Positions 43,175 through 52,179 of a stretch of 53,529 nt of DNA are shown piece after piece. Numbering within the stretch: the stretch's first letter is position 1; every line of letters starts with the position of its first letter. A program made the translations under genes and the position numbers. This DNA is from Pirellulales bacterium (lineage in GTDB: Bacteria; Planctomycetota; Planctomycetia; Pirellulales; UBA1268), in contig JBIIOM010000001.1 in NCBI GenBank assembly GCA_044336925.1, forward strand, positions 1-53,529, given 5' to 3'. Below the pieces are notes generated by a model. That model was not told where the DNA came from. It made no database searches and saw nothing but the letters and a program-made list of their open reading frames with translations.

Positions 43175-44655
43175 TCGGCCGGCGGATCGGCGGGGACCTT
43201 GGCGGGCGGCGGCTTCGGCTTGGCCTTCTTGGCGTCGCCCTTGCTGATGGCGGAGAGCGCCTTGCGAGCGGCGGCGTCGGCCGCGTCGCTCGCGGCGAGC
43301 ACCTGTGAGCTCTTCTGCTCCTGCGTGCGGGAGCCGGCGAGCAGGTCGGCGAGCAGGGCGTGCAAGGGCGAGGACGGATCGTATTGCGAATCTTCCGCCT
43401 CGACGAGTTGCTTGGCGGACTGCAACGAATCGACCGCCCGCTTCGCCGCCTGCTTCGAGGCCAGCGAATCCTTGGCATCGAAGGCCGCCCTCGATTCGCG
43501 AAGCGCCAACTCCGCGGAAAGCATGAGCGGCAACGCGATGTCGGGATGCTTCTCGAGACCTGCCGATTCGAGCCCTTCGAGGCCGGCATCGAGGTGGCGG
43601 CGGGCCGACTTCAGGTCGCCCGCAAGCATCTCCGCCTCCGCCAGCGAAGCGAGCGGCTCGGCCCGCACGAGCGCCGCCTCGCGGGCGGCTGCGACGAATT
43701 CGGGCGGGGGCGCGGCCTCGGGGTCATCGCGAGTCTTGAACGACGCGAGCGCCGCATCGGCGGCGGCGCTGCCGAGGCCCATCGACTCTTCGAGGTAGCT
43801 GATGGCGCGCCTGCGCTGGCTGTCGGCCTGCATCTTGCGATCGGCCGCGTCTTCCGGCGGCGCGTCTTCCGCGGGCTTCGACGTGGCGTCCTCTGCGTCG
43901 TCTGTGTTTGTGTCGGCGGCGACCGTCCAAGGCAGCTTGCTCGCCTCGAGATACCGCATGCCCGCGAAGCGGCGGGGCCGGGCCTGCGTGATCATCATCC
44001 GGGCATGGGCCGAGCGCGACATAGGATCGTCTTCCTCGTCGGAGAGCCGGCCACGCAGCGAACTGCGGGCCGCGATCGACATCCGGATCAGCGTGTCGAT
44101 CCGCTCGAACCAGCCGTCGATCTGCTTCCGATCGGCGGTTTCGCGGCCGACGGCCCGCGCGTCGTTCGCGGCCCGCGCCCGCTGGAGATACAGTTCCGTC
44201 GTGTTGTCGAGCAGCCGGAGATACGTCAGCTCGAGCGGCAGCCAGTAGCGGCCCAGCTGCTCGCCATCGTCGCGCGGCGATCCCGCCATCACGAGCTGCT
44301 GGAAGCCGGGCTCACTCACCATCTTGTAGGCGTCGGTGAGCGTCTTTTCGGCGGCATCGAGGTTTCCCATCCGCCGTTCGATGCTGCCGCGGTAGATGAG
44401 CAGCTCAGCATAGACGATGGTCATCGGGCCGAGTGAGACGTTCTTCTTCCGCGGCTTGATCGCCGCCTCGACCCGCTTGGCTTCCGCGACGGCTTGTCGG
44501 TATTTGCCCTCCTCGAGCAGTTCCGTGAGCAGTTTCCGCTCGACGGCGAGGTCAAACTGCGCGAGCGCCGCGCGTGACGTGAAGCCACCGACCGCGATCA
44601 GGACGCAGATGGCGAGCAGGAAGGAGCGAGCGGGGCCGACATGCGGGCGACTCAT
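43171..44655 (-). CDS. exported alpha-helical hypothetical protein with acidic and Lys/Pro-rich regions
   Basis: I prefer the ATG at 44655 (MSRPHVGPARSFLLAICVLIAVGGFTSRAALAQ, a signal peptide). The ORF-track extension to 45099 is Arg/Pro-rich. High GC3. I recognise no family. Confidence 0.6.
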   Translation of the reverse strand: MSRPHVGPARSFLLAICVLIAVGGFTSRAALAQFDLAVERKLLTELLEEGKYRQAVAEAKRVEAAIKPRKKNVSLGPMTIVYAELLIYRGSIERRMGNLDAAEKTLTDAYKMVSEPGFQQLVMAGSPRDDGEQLGRYWLPLELTYLRLLDNTTELYLQRARAANDARAVGRETADRKQIDGWFERIDTLIRMSIAARSSLRGRLSDEEDDPMSRSAHARMMITQARPRRFAGMRYLEASKLPWTVAADTNTDDAEDATSKPAEDAPPEDAADRKMQADSQRRRAISYLEESMGLGSAAADAALASFKTRDDPEAAPPPEFVAAAREAALVRAEPLASLAEAEMLAGDLKSARRHLDAGLEGLESAGLEKHPDIALPLMLSAELALRESRAAFDAKDSLASKQAAKRAVDSLQSAKQLVEAEDSQYDPSSPLHALLADLLAGSRTQEQKSSQVLAASDAADAAARKALSAISKGDAKKAKPKPPPAKVPADPPAE

Positions 44656-44713
44656 GAACGCATTCCAGGGGCCGGTCGGGAATCGATGCCTCCCAGTATA
44701 TCGACCAGTGCCG

Positions 44714-45400
44714 CTACTTTTTCCCCGGGGCCGCCGGTTCCGAAATCCAGGGTGCTTCGAGCGGAGCGAGCGGATCGCTCTCGCCCGCGGGGCCGCCGAG
44801 GACGTCGAAAGACACGCGATGCGGCAGTCGCGCGAGTGCGAGGGCGGTGGCAAATGAAAGTTCCGTGAGCCGCGGAAAGGCGATCGGGCCGCGGTGGGGA
44901 GCGAGGGCTTGGGCCGCCCCGGGCGAGATCGAGCCGAGCCGCGAGAGCACGAGGACTCCGCGGTGGCCGGCGAGGGCACGGGCCGTCTCCGGGGAAAGGG
45001 CCAGCAGGCCGACCGAAAGCGGGTGCCGCAGCCGAGCGAGGGCGGCTGCGGTCGCCGGCGGCAGGACGACGAGGCCGTCGAGTGCCAATGGGCCCGCATG
45101 CCGGGAAAGTGCCAGCGCCTGCTTTTGCTCGATCGCTTCGAGACCGCCGAGCGACAGCCAGCCCCGGTGCGGAGCGAGCGCCGCGGCCGACTCCACCGGG
45201 AGCGCCACGACCGAGTCGAGCACGAGCGGCCCCTGATGCCGGGCGAGGTCGCGGGCCATCACCGGCACGAGCATCCGCAGGTCGGGCCGCGCGAGCAACT
45301 CTCCGGGATCCGGCTGGGCACATGCCGGCATCGGCAGCACCGCGATGATGACGGCGAGCACCGGGGCCATGACCCGGCCGGCGGCATCCTTAAAAATCAT
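44714..45400 (-). CDS. exported leucine-rich-repeat-like protein (about seven 23-24-aa repeats)
   Basis: I prefer the ATG at 45400 (MIFKDAAGRVMAPVLAVIIAVLPMPACA|QP, a signal peptide). Repeats have consensus p-x-x-A-x-A-L-A-x-H-R-G-x-L-x-L-x-x-L. GC3 is very high in this frame, whereas the competing ORFs are Arg-rich junk. Confidence 0.6.
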   Translation of the reverse strand: MIFKDAAGRVMAPVLAVIIAVLPMPACAQPDPGELLARPDLRMLVPVMARDLARHQGPLVLDSVVALPVESAAALAPHRGWLSLGGLEAIEQKQALALSRHAGPLALDGLVVLPPATAAALARLRHPLSVGLLALSPETARALAGHRGVLVLSRLGSISPGAAQALAPHRGPIAFPRLTELSFATALALARLPHRVSFDVLGGPAGESDPLAPLEAPWISEPAAPGKK

Positions 45401-46361
45401 CGGTGGGCTCGACGGGTGCTGGCTTCTCCTCGCCCTCCTGTTCTTCCGTGACCGGCTTCTCATTGTGCTCACCCTCCGCCGCCGGAGCGGGGGGCGTGGG
45501 CTCGGCCGGCTGGCTGGGAGGCGGCGGGAGCGGGGGAGCGGCGGGCTTCGCAGGCGGCTTTTTGGCCCCCTTGACGGGCCGATCGCGGTTGGCGACGAGC
45601 ACCTGTGAGTCCCAGCGGCCGACCGTGTATTTCTCGATCAGGCCGACGCGGCGAAGGCGGTTGCCGTCCACGTCTTCATAGTAGAGATCCTTCGTGAACG
45701 TGCCGTTGCCATCGACGTCGAAAAACGGATCATGGTCGTCCTGCGTGGTGTTGGCGTCGGTGTCGTACCAGGTCTCGCTGGCCAGTCGGGCCGAGCCCAC
45801 GCTCTCCTTGCTGGCCGGCTCGCCGTAGAGCACGAGCGACCGGCCCTCGTGCCGCTCGCCGGCGAACCCGCCCGCCGTGCGCAGGGCCGTCTTGCCGACG
45901 TCGAGAAACATGTGCTGGGCGGGAATCCGCAGGAACGACAGAAACGGGCACATCGACCAGGTGACGAGCGCCGCCCCGATGAACAGCGCCCCGGCGAATC
46001 CGCCGACCACCGCCCCGCCCGCCATGTCGATCGCTTCGATCGACTTGATCTCCTTGGAGATGATCTTGGGATGCACGAACAGCCAGAGCACGAACATCGT
46101 GCCCCACATGAGCAGGGCGAAGGCGAGAAACACCGACCAGGCCTGGAGCGACACCGTCTCGGGCAGGAAGACGCCAAGATTGTCGCTGAGAATCGGGGCC
46201 AGGAAGCCGGCGATCGGCTCGTGGAGCAGGACGGCGAGCGAGAGCGAGACGAAGAGCTCGAGGGCCGTCACGGCGCAGGAGTAGACGCCGTGGGCGCTCC
46301 CCAGCCAGCCGAGGTAGAGGACGACGATCAGGACGCCGAGATCGAAGATGATGGCGGGCAT
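45390..46361 (-). CDS. CvpA-like (colicin V production family) membrane protein with extended C-terminal tail
   Basis: ATG at 46361 lies 6 nt after GAGGAGA. The N-terminus MPAIIFDLGVLIVVLYLGWLGSAHGVY plus 4 TM helices is typical of CvpA. The tail has two DVDGN motifs and a Pro/Ala/Glu-rich end. Confidence 0.65.
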   Translation of the reverse strand: MPAIIFDLGVLIVVLYLGWLGSAHGVYSCAVTALELFVSLSLAVLLHEPIAGFLAPILSDNLGVFLPETVSLQAWSVFLAFALLMWGTMFVLWLFVHPKIISKEIKSIEAIDMAGGAVVGGFAGALFIGAALVTWSMCPFLSFLRIPAQHMFLDVGKTALRTAGGFAGERHEGRSLVLYGEPASKESVGSARLASETWYDTDANTTQDDHDPFFDVDGNGTFTKDLYYEDVDGNRLRRVGLIEKYTVGRWDSQVLVANRDRPVKGAKKPPAKPAAPPLPPPPSQPAEPTPPAPAAEGEHNEKPVTEEQEGEEKPAPVEPTDDF

Positions 46362-46378
46362 GAGTCTCTCCTCGCGGG

Positions 46379-48202
46379 TCAGGTCGTGACCCGGATCACT
46401 TCGTTGACGCTCGTCAGGCCCTTGAGCACTTTCATGAGGCCGTCGGTCTGCAGCGACCGCGTGCCCGCCTTGCGGGTGGCCGCCTTGAGGTCGTTGATGT
46501 TGGGCTCGGCCGTGATCAGCTTGCGGATCTCGTCGTTCATGACCATCAGTTCGTGGAGGCCGAGCCGGCCCTTGTAGCCGCTGCCGCCGCAGGCGTCGCA
46601 GCCCTTCTCCTTGTAGATCTGCTTGACAATGCCGGGCTTCACGCCGAGCCGCTTGAGCAGGTCGGCGGGCGGTTCGTAGGCCTCCTTGCACTTGTCGCAA
46701 AGCCTGCGGGCGAGCCGCTGGCCGAGCACGGCGGTGACGGCGGTCTGGATCAGCATCGGATCGAGGCCGAGGTCGAGCATCCGGGTGACCGTGGCGACGG
46801 TGTCGTTGGCGTGGAGCGTGGAGAAGACGAAGTGGCCGGTGAGGGCCGCCTGGCAGGCGATCTCCGCCGTCTCCTTGTCGCGGATCTCGCCCACGAGCAG
46901 CACGTCGGGATCCTGGCGGAGCACGCTGCGGAGAATGCTCGCGAACGTGACGCCGGCGGCGGAATTGACCGCGATCTGCGTGATGCCGTCGAGCCGGTAT
47001 TCGACCGGGTCTTCGATCGTCGTGATGTTGTGCTGAAGGGCGTCGATCTCGTTGAGCGAGGCATAGACGGTGGTCGTCTTGCCGGAGCCGGTGGGCCCGG
47101 TGACCAGGAACATGCCGTAGGGCTTGTGGATCACCCCCCGCAACTGCTCGAGGATCTGCGACCGCAGGCCGATGTTGGCCAGGCCCGCCTTCATCACGCC
47201 CCCGGAGGAATTCAAGAGCCGGAGCACCATCTTCTCGCCGTAGCTGGTGGGAGTGGACGCGGAGCGGACGTCATATTTCGCCTTCTCGAAGACCGCCGAG
47301 AAGGTGCCGTCCTGCGGCCGGCGGCGCTCGGAGATGTCCATGTCGGAGACCACCTTCAGCGCCGAGATCACCCCCTTGCCGTCGCCCATCGAGAGCAGCG
47401 AGGAGTTCTTGAGCACGCCGTCCACCCGGAACCGCACGAAATACTGCTGCTCGTGCGGCTCGAGGTGCACGTCGGTGGCGCCCGCTTCCATCGCCGCGAT
47501 GAGGATGTTTTGCAGGTTCTTGACGTTGGCGGACATCGTGTCGCCGTCGTCGCCGTCGGCGGGCTGGGTGAGCGCCTGCCGGCCGTCTTTCTTGAGGAGC
47601 GAGAACCGTGGCGCCTCCTTGGGCGGCTCCTTCTTGCCTGCCAATTTCTGGAGCGTGTCGCCGAGACCCTTGACTCGGTCCATCAGCGACTTCGGCGGCT
47701 CGGGGGGCTTGGCCGCGGCCTCCTTCGCCGCGGCCTCCTTCGCCTGCGCCCGGCTGTCGCGGAAGCCCTGGAGCATGTTTTTCAGTCCGTCTTTCGTGAG
47801 CAGCCGCTTGGCCGGCGGCACCCGCTTGTCGCGCTCGCGGGTGAAGACCGCCAGCAAGGCGGGCAGGCCCACCGCGACGATCGGAATCGTGAGCGGGCCG
47901 ACCTGCATCGTGCCGATCACGAGCGCCGCGAGCGTGGCGCCGATTCCGAGATACCACCACTCCATGTTGGGAATGGCGAGATCCTGGTTCTGCTTGTCCA
48001 TCCAGAGCGCGGCGGCGATCCCGACCGCCGTGAGCGACGCAAAGGCGGCCCAGATCAGCAGCCCCGTGAGGGGAAAACCCGAGTACGAAGGGAGCTCGAG
48101 GTTTGCCAGCAGCGGCACCCAGGCGACGGGCATCGTCATGAAAAAGACCACAGCTGGACGGACGGACGTCGCCAGAGCGTCGCTAAGGTGCGACGACAGC
48201 AC
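46379..48202 (-). CDS. GspE/PilB-family secretion ATPase fused to an N-terminal 3-4-helix transmembrane domain
   Basis: Walker A GPTGSGKTTT. Also Asp box, Walker B and His box region (LLVGEIRD, FSTLHAND) and a tetra-Cys motif (CDKC...CDAC). Residues ~1-125 are hydrophobic helices, followed by a Lys/Ala/Pro linker. The start is GTG at 48202 or ATG at 48139. Confidence 0.85.
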   Translation of the reverse strand: MLSSHLSDALATSVRPAVVFFMTMPVAWVPLLANLELPSYSGFPLTGLLIWAAFASLTAVGIAAALWMDKQNQDLAIPNMEWWYLGIGATLAALVIGTMQVGPLTIPIVAVGLPALLAVFTRERDKRVPPAKRLLTKDGLKNMLQGFRDSRAQAKEAAAKEAAAKPPEPPKSLMDRVKGLGDTLQKLAGKKEPPKEAPRFSLLKKDGRQALTQPADGDDGDTMSANVKNLQNILIAAMEAGATDVHLEPHEQQYFVRFRVDGVLKNSSLLSMGDGKGVISALKVVSDMDISERRRPQDGTFSAVFEKAKYDVRSASTPTSYGEKMVLRLLNSSGGVMKAGLANIGLRSQILEQLRGVIHKPYGMFLVTGPTGSGKTTTVYASLNEIDALQHNITTIEDPVEYRLDGITQIAVNSAAGVTFASILRSVLRQDPDVLLVGEIRDKETAEIACQAALTGHFVFSTLHANDTVATVTRMLDLGLDPMLIQTAVTAVLGQRLARRLCDKCKEAYEPPADLLKRLGVKPGIVKQIYKEKGCDACGGSGYKGRLGLHELMVMNDEIRKLITAEPNINDLKAATRKAGTRSLQTDGLMKVLKGLTSVNEVIRVTT

Positions 48203-48486
48203 GTTTTATACCGGTTCTACCCACGCCGACACGGTGCCGCAACATCGGAGGTCCCCGCAGGCCGGGAAAAAACCATGTTTTCGCGGCCCTCACGCGTTTC
48301 TAACTGGACGGGACGGCCTTTCTGGTCGAGAGTGTGGGGGCGATAGTCGAGTTGCGACAGCCGGTCTGTCGGCGGTGTGCGGGGATGGCTTTGTGCACGC
48401 GGGGGGGCGTCGATCGGACGGATTCGCGCTCGGCGATCGTCCCGCCTTTGGTTCGATTCCTCGCCCCGCTTTCGAGGAGAACTGTG

Positions 48487-49659
48487 ATGAAGACTTCGAC
48501 ATACGGAAATCATTCTGCGCCGAGAGGCCTCGCGCCGCCGCGTGGGTTTACGCTGGTGGAGCTGCTGGTCGTGATCGCGATCATCGGCATTCTCCTGGGC
48601 ATGCTGCTGCCTGCCGTGCAGGTGGTCCGCGAAACGGGCCGCCGTTCCAGCTGCCAGAACAACCTGAAACAGATTTCGACGGCGATCATTCACTACGACT
48701 CGACGAATTTGAAACTGCCCGGCTGGCGGAATGCGATCGACACGTATAGCCCGGTGATGGTGTCAGCCACGGCGACGAAGGACAACGCCTGCGTCTCCTG
48801 GACGGTGCCGATTCTTGGCGAACTGGGCAGCAACGAGATCTTCAACTGGTATGAGACGTACACCGGCACGACGAGCGGCACGATCGCACAGCAATCGCGC
48901 GACGAGATCGCCGCAAAGCGCATCCCGATCTACCTCTGCCCGACGTCGAGCGCCGACATGGCCGTGACGGGCGGGCTGTCGTATGCCGCGAACGCTGGGA
49001 CCGGCGGTGAGGAGATGATGGGCAGTAACCCGGCCGACCAGTATCGTGGCGACGGCGTGTTTCTCGACGCCGTAGGAAACGTGAATGCCAACGGCTCGGC
49101 CGCGTATTACGACAGCGGCCGCAAGATGTACAACCCCGCCCGGTCGTCGCTCTCGCACGTGACGAGCGGCGACGGCGATGCCGTGACGCTGATGCTTTCG
49201 GAGCGGTGCGGTCCGGTGACCGGTTTGGGGAGCGTGTCGTGGGCGGCCAATCCGCTCGCCGTGCAGACGACGGGCAGTGCGTTCACGGCAGGTCGCCATA
49301 TGTTCGGCCACCCGCCGTTCAACTCGAACGTGCCGCAGGCATCGAACGTGTATCGGGTGATCAACACACCGAGCGACAAGGTGCCGCCGAACAGCGCCGA
49401 CGACTACGCAGTGCGTTATCCGTCGTCGCGGCACCGCGGCGGCGGCGTGAACGCGGTTTTTTGCGACGGCCACACGCGATTCGTGAGCGAGAAGATCGAT
49501 TCCTGGGTCTACTGCCAGATGCTGACGTCGAACTCGAAGATCCTCGACAACAACATGAACACCGGGCATACCGGCAGCCGCGCCTACCGCTGGCAACAGT
49601 ACGGCATAGGCGGATTCACGAAGGAATACATCTTCGACGACAAGGATCTCGACAAGTAG
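48487..49659 (+). CDS. DUF1559 protein with prepilin-type N-terminal methylation domain (pseudopilin-like)
   Basis: ATG at 48487 lies 7 nt after GAGGAG. Motifs: [27 protein letters not shown] and the classic H-X9-[20 protein letters not shown]. Confidence 0.9.
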   Translation: MKTSTYGNHSAPRGLAPPRGFTLVELLVVIAIIGILLGMLLPAVQVVRETGRRSSCQNNLKQISTAIIHYDSTNLKLPGWRNAIDTYSPVMVSATATKDNACVSWTVPILGELGSNEIFNWYETYTGTTSGTIAQQSRDEIAAKRIPIYLCPTSSADMAVTGGLSYAANAGTGGEEMMGSNPADQYRGDGVFLDAVGNVNANGSAAYYDSGRKMYNPARSSLSHVTSGDGDAVTLMLSERCGPVTGLGSVSWAANPLAVQTTGSAFTAGRHMFGHPPFNSNVPQASNVYRVINTPSDKVPPNSADDYAVRYPSSRHRGGGVNAVFCDGHTRFVSEKIDSWVYCQMLTSNSKILDNNMNTGHTGSRAYRWQQYGIGGFTKEYIFDDKDLDK

Positions 49660-49709
49660 GACAGGCTTCAGCCTGTCATCAAGCGGCGACAGGCTGAAGC
49701 ATGTCCTAC
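49657..49709. terminator. 22-bp-stem hairpin between convergent genes with both stop codons inside the arms
   Basis: GTAGGACAGGCTTCAGCCTGTC (49657-49678) pairs with GACAGGCTGAAGCATGTCCTAC (49688-49709) at 21 of 22 positions. The TAG of the plus gene is at 49657-49659. The TAG of the minus gene is at 49706-49708 (reverse strand). Confidence 0.7.
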
Positions 49710-51247
49710 TGAGCGGCGAGTCTTTGCGGCACCTGCCGCTCGCCGCTGGCGGCCACGGCACCGCGGTCGCCCGACTCGTGGTATTCGGCATCTTGGTTGA
49801 CGTCCCAGACGTCGTAGAGCTGCTCCCCCGCGAGGATGTTGCGCGCGGTGAGCATCGCCGTCATCATCGCGTGGTCTTGGTTGTTGTATTTGTGCATGCC
49901 GTTGCGGCCGACGAGGTGCAGGCCGGGGTAGCCGTGCTCGAGCCCCCGGCGGATCGTCGCGACGTGCCGCGCGTAGTCGTCGTCGTACACCGGATAGGCC
50001 TTCGGTTGGCGGACGACGTGGCCGTCGAGCACGTCGCCCTCCTTCGCGAGGCCGAGTTGCACGAGCTCGTGGCCCGCGAGGGCCACGAGCTCGGCATCCG
50101 GCATGCTCCAGAGGCCATCCCCCTCGAAACAGAAATATTCGAGGCCGTAGCAGGCGAGGGCCGGGTCGGGCACCAGTTCCGGCGACCAACTTCGGAAGTT
50201 TTGCACCCGGCCCACCTTCACGCCCGGCTCGTGGATGTAGATCCAGTTGTCGTCGAACGAGAGCGACGGCCGGACGATCAGGGCCACCGTGAGGAAATCG
50301 CGATACTTGAGCGCGGCGGCGGCGGCGAGCACGTCGGCCGGCGGGGCGGGGGAGAGCCCGTGCACCAGTTCGCGGAGCGGGGCCGACGAGATCACGTGGT
50401 CCGCCTCGACGGCCTGTGCGTGGCCGCCGGAGTCGGTGAAGTTGACCCGCCAGCCGCGGTCGGACGACAGTTTTTCGAGCCCCGTCACCCGGCAGCCCAG
50501 CCGCACCTCGCCGCCTTGCTCGCGGGTTTTCCGCGCGGCCGCATCCCACATCATGCCGGGGCCCAGCCGTGGATAGCGAAACGAGCCGATCAGCGTCTTG
50601 ATTTGTTTTGATCGATCCTTCGGCTCGCGCGGCGGGAAGAGGGCGTTCCAGATCGCCGTGGTGAGCGAGAGGCCCTTGATCCGCTGGGCGGCCCAGTCGG
50701 CAGAGATCTCTTTGCAGCTCATCCCCCACACCTTTTCGGTGTAGGTCTTGAAGAAGATGCCAAACAGACGCCGGCCGAACTGGTTGCTCACCCACTCTTC
50801 AAACGACCTCGGGTTTGCCACCGGAAACAGCCGGGCATGGGCATAGCTCGCCACGCAGCGGGCCGCCTCCACGATGCCGAGATTCCTGAGCGCTTCGCCG
50901 GCCTTGAGCGGATAGGCGTAGAACTTTCCGCCGTAGAGGATCCGGGAGCTGCGGGGGCGGACGAGCATGTCGTCGCCGAGCAATTCGGTCCAGAGTTCCT
51001 CGACCTCCTTCGATTTCGAAAAGAAACGGTGGCCGCCAATGTCGAATCGGAAGCCCTTCCCGTCCGCCGCGGGAGACCGGTATTCGACCGTCCGCGAGAT
51101 CCCGCCGACGAGCTCCGGATCGGCTTCGAGCACGGTCACGCAAACGCCTGCCCGCGAAAGCAGGTAGGCGGCCGTCAGCCCGGCCGGGCCCGCGCCGATG
51201 ACCGCCACGGTGGGATCACGAGAGTCGTCTTGCGTGACGCGCAGCAT
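49706..51247 (-). CDS. FAD/NAD(P)-binding oxidoreductase (amine-oxidase / UDP-galactopyranose-mutase-like superfamily)
   Basis: ATG at 51247. Dinucleotide-binding motif [29 protein letters not shown] followed by GG...GGHRFFSK. 513 aa. Confidence 0.8.
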   Translation of the reverse strand: MLRVTQDDSRDPTVAVIGAGPAGLTAAYLLSRAGVCVTVLEADPELVGGISRTVEYRSPAADGKGFRFDIGGHRFFSKSKEVEELWTELLGDDMLVRPRSSRILYGGKFYAYPLKAGEALRNLGIVEAARCVASYAHARLFPVANPRSFEEWVSNQFGRRLFGIFFKTYTEKVWGMSCKEISADWAAQRIKGLSLTTAIWNALFPPREPKDRSKQIKTLIGSFRYPRLGPGMMWDAAARKTREQGGEVRLGCRVTGLEKLSSDRGWRVNFTDSGGHAQAVEADHVISSAPLRELVHGLSPAPPADVLAAAAALKYRDFLTVALIVRPSLSFDDNWIYIHEPGVKVGRVQNFRSWSPELVPDPALACYGLEYFCFEGDGLWSMPDAELVALAGHELVQLGLAKEGDVLDGHVVRQPKAYPVYDDDYARHVATIRRGLEHGYPGLHLVGRNGMHKYNNQDHAMMTAMLTARNILAGEQLYDVWDVNQDAEYHESGDRGAVAASGERQVPQRLAAQ

Positions 51248-51321
51248 GCCGCAGAGTCTACACCGTTTCCGCCGTCGGAACCGGGCTCATGAAAATCAAA
51301 TGCCGCGAATCCTGCGAGCGA

Positions 51322-51798
51322 TCACTGCACCTTCAGCAGTTCGACGAGGAAGTGGAGTTGGGCATTCGGCGGGATCGGGCCGCCGGGGGTGCCGCGGGCG
51401 CCGTAGCCGAGATTGCTCGGGATCAACAGTTCGATCATGCCCCCCTCGCCCACGAGCTGCATCCCTTCGGTCCAGCCGGGGATCACGCCGTTGAGCGGAA
51501 AGTCGATCGACTCGCCACGCTGGTAAGAGCTGTCGAAGACCTTTCCGTCGTCGAGCCAGCCGTGGTAGTGAACCTCGACGTTGCTCGAAGCCTTGGGGTT
51601 CGCCCCGGTGCCCTTGCGGAGCACGCGGTACTGCAGGCCGGAGGCGGTCTTCGTGAAGGCCTTCGGCGCGTCGGCGTCGAGCTTGCCGGCGCCCTTGGGG
51701 AGCGCGGGGTGGGGAACTTCTTGTGGGGCTTGTGCCACGGTGATCTCCGGGGTGAAAAGGGTGAGGCAGCAAACAGTGATGGCGGCAAAGAGACGCAT
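51322..51798 (-). CDS. FKBP-type peptidyl-prolyl cis-trans isomerase, exported
   Basis: I prefer the ATG at 51798 (MRLFAAITVCCLTLF..., a signal peptide), which lies 8 nt after AGGAG. FKBP_C core: VEVHYHGWLDDGKVFDSSYQRGESIDFPLNGVIPGWTEG...LLIPSNLGYG. Confidence 0.9.
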   Translation of the reverse strand: MRLFAAITVCCLTLFTPEITVAQAPQEVPHPALPKGAGKLDADAPKAFTKTASGLQYRVLRKGTGANPKASSNVEVHYHGWLDDGKVFDSSYQRGESIDFPLNGVIPGWTEGMQLVGEGGMIELLIPSNLGYGARGTPGGPIPPNAQLHFLVELLKVQ

Positions 51799-51889
51799 CG
51801 CGTGGCTCCTGGAGTGGGAAAGGTCGGCCAAACAGTATAGAGCAAGCGAGAAAACCCCGTCTCCTCATGTACCACGCAAGCCCGCCGCG

Positions 51890-52179
51890 CACGGAAGCCC
51901 GCAGCGCGAGCAAGGTCCATCCGCCCTCCACTCCCATCAACGACGCTCTCACCCGCCCCGCAAGAAACGCCCCAACTCTCCTCGCTTGCGCGTCGGGCTT
52001 CCGTAGCGGCCGCGTTCAACGGCGCACGCTGAGCGGGATATACCACGGAAGCCCGCAGCGCAAGCAAGGTCCATCCGCCCTCCACTTCAATCAACGCCGC
52101 CCCCACCCGCCCCACGCGAAACGCCCCGACTCACCTCGCTTGCGCGTCGGGCTTCCGTAGCGGCCGCGTTCAACGGCGC
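51890..52179. repeat. two tandem copies of a ~136-bp MITE/REP-like unit (154-bp period) with ~25-bp imperfect terminal inverted repeats
   Basis: Copy A (51890-52025) and copy B (52044-52179) differ at 11 of 136 positions with no gaps, by manual alignment. Each unit starts ACGGAAGCCCGCAGCGC(G/A)AGCAAGG and ends CCTCGCTTGCGCGTCGGGCTTCCGT. Copy B overlaps the pepP stop. Confidence 0.9.

Noticed and set aside
44652-45323. An alternative 223-aa minus-strand ORF competing with the LRR-like gene.
   Set aside because: It is Arg/Ala/Pro/Gly-rich with no signal peptide or periodicity. The 44714-45400 frame has very high GC3, a signal peptide and regular Leu-based repeats.
48450-48460. A tRNA T-loop-like string, GGTTCGATTCC, in the GspE/DUF1559 intergenic region.
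   Set aside because: The flanking bases give only 2-3 bp of T-stem pairing. I could not build acceptor, D or anticodon arms around it.
51483-52160. ORFs spanning the 154-bp repeat region: 51483-52115(-), 51581-52006(+) and 51867-52160(+).
   Set aside because: The predicted proteins are Pro/Arg/Ser-rich and simply mirror the DNA repeat. There is no start context or domain, so the region is better explained as a non-coding repeat element.
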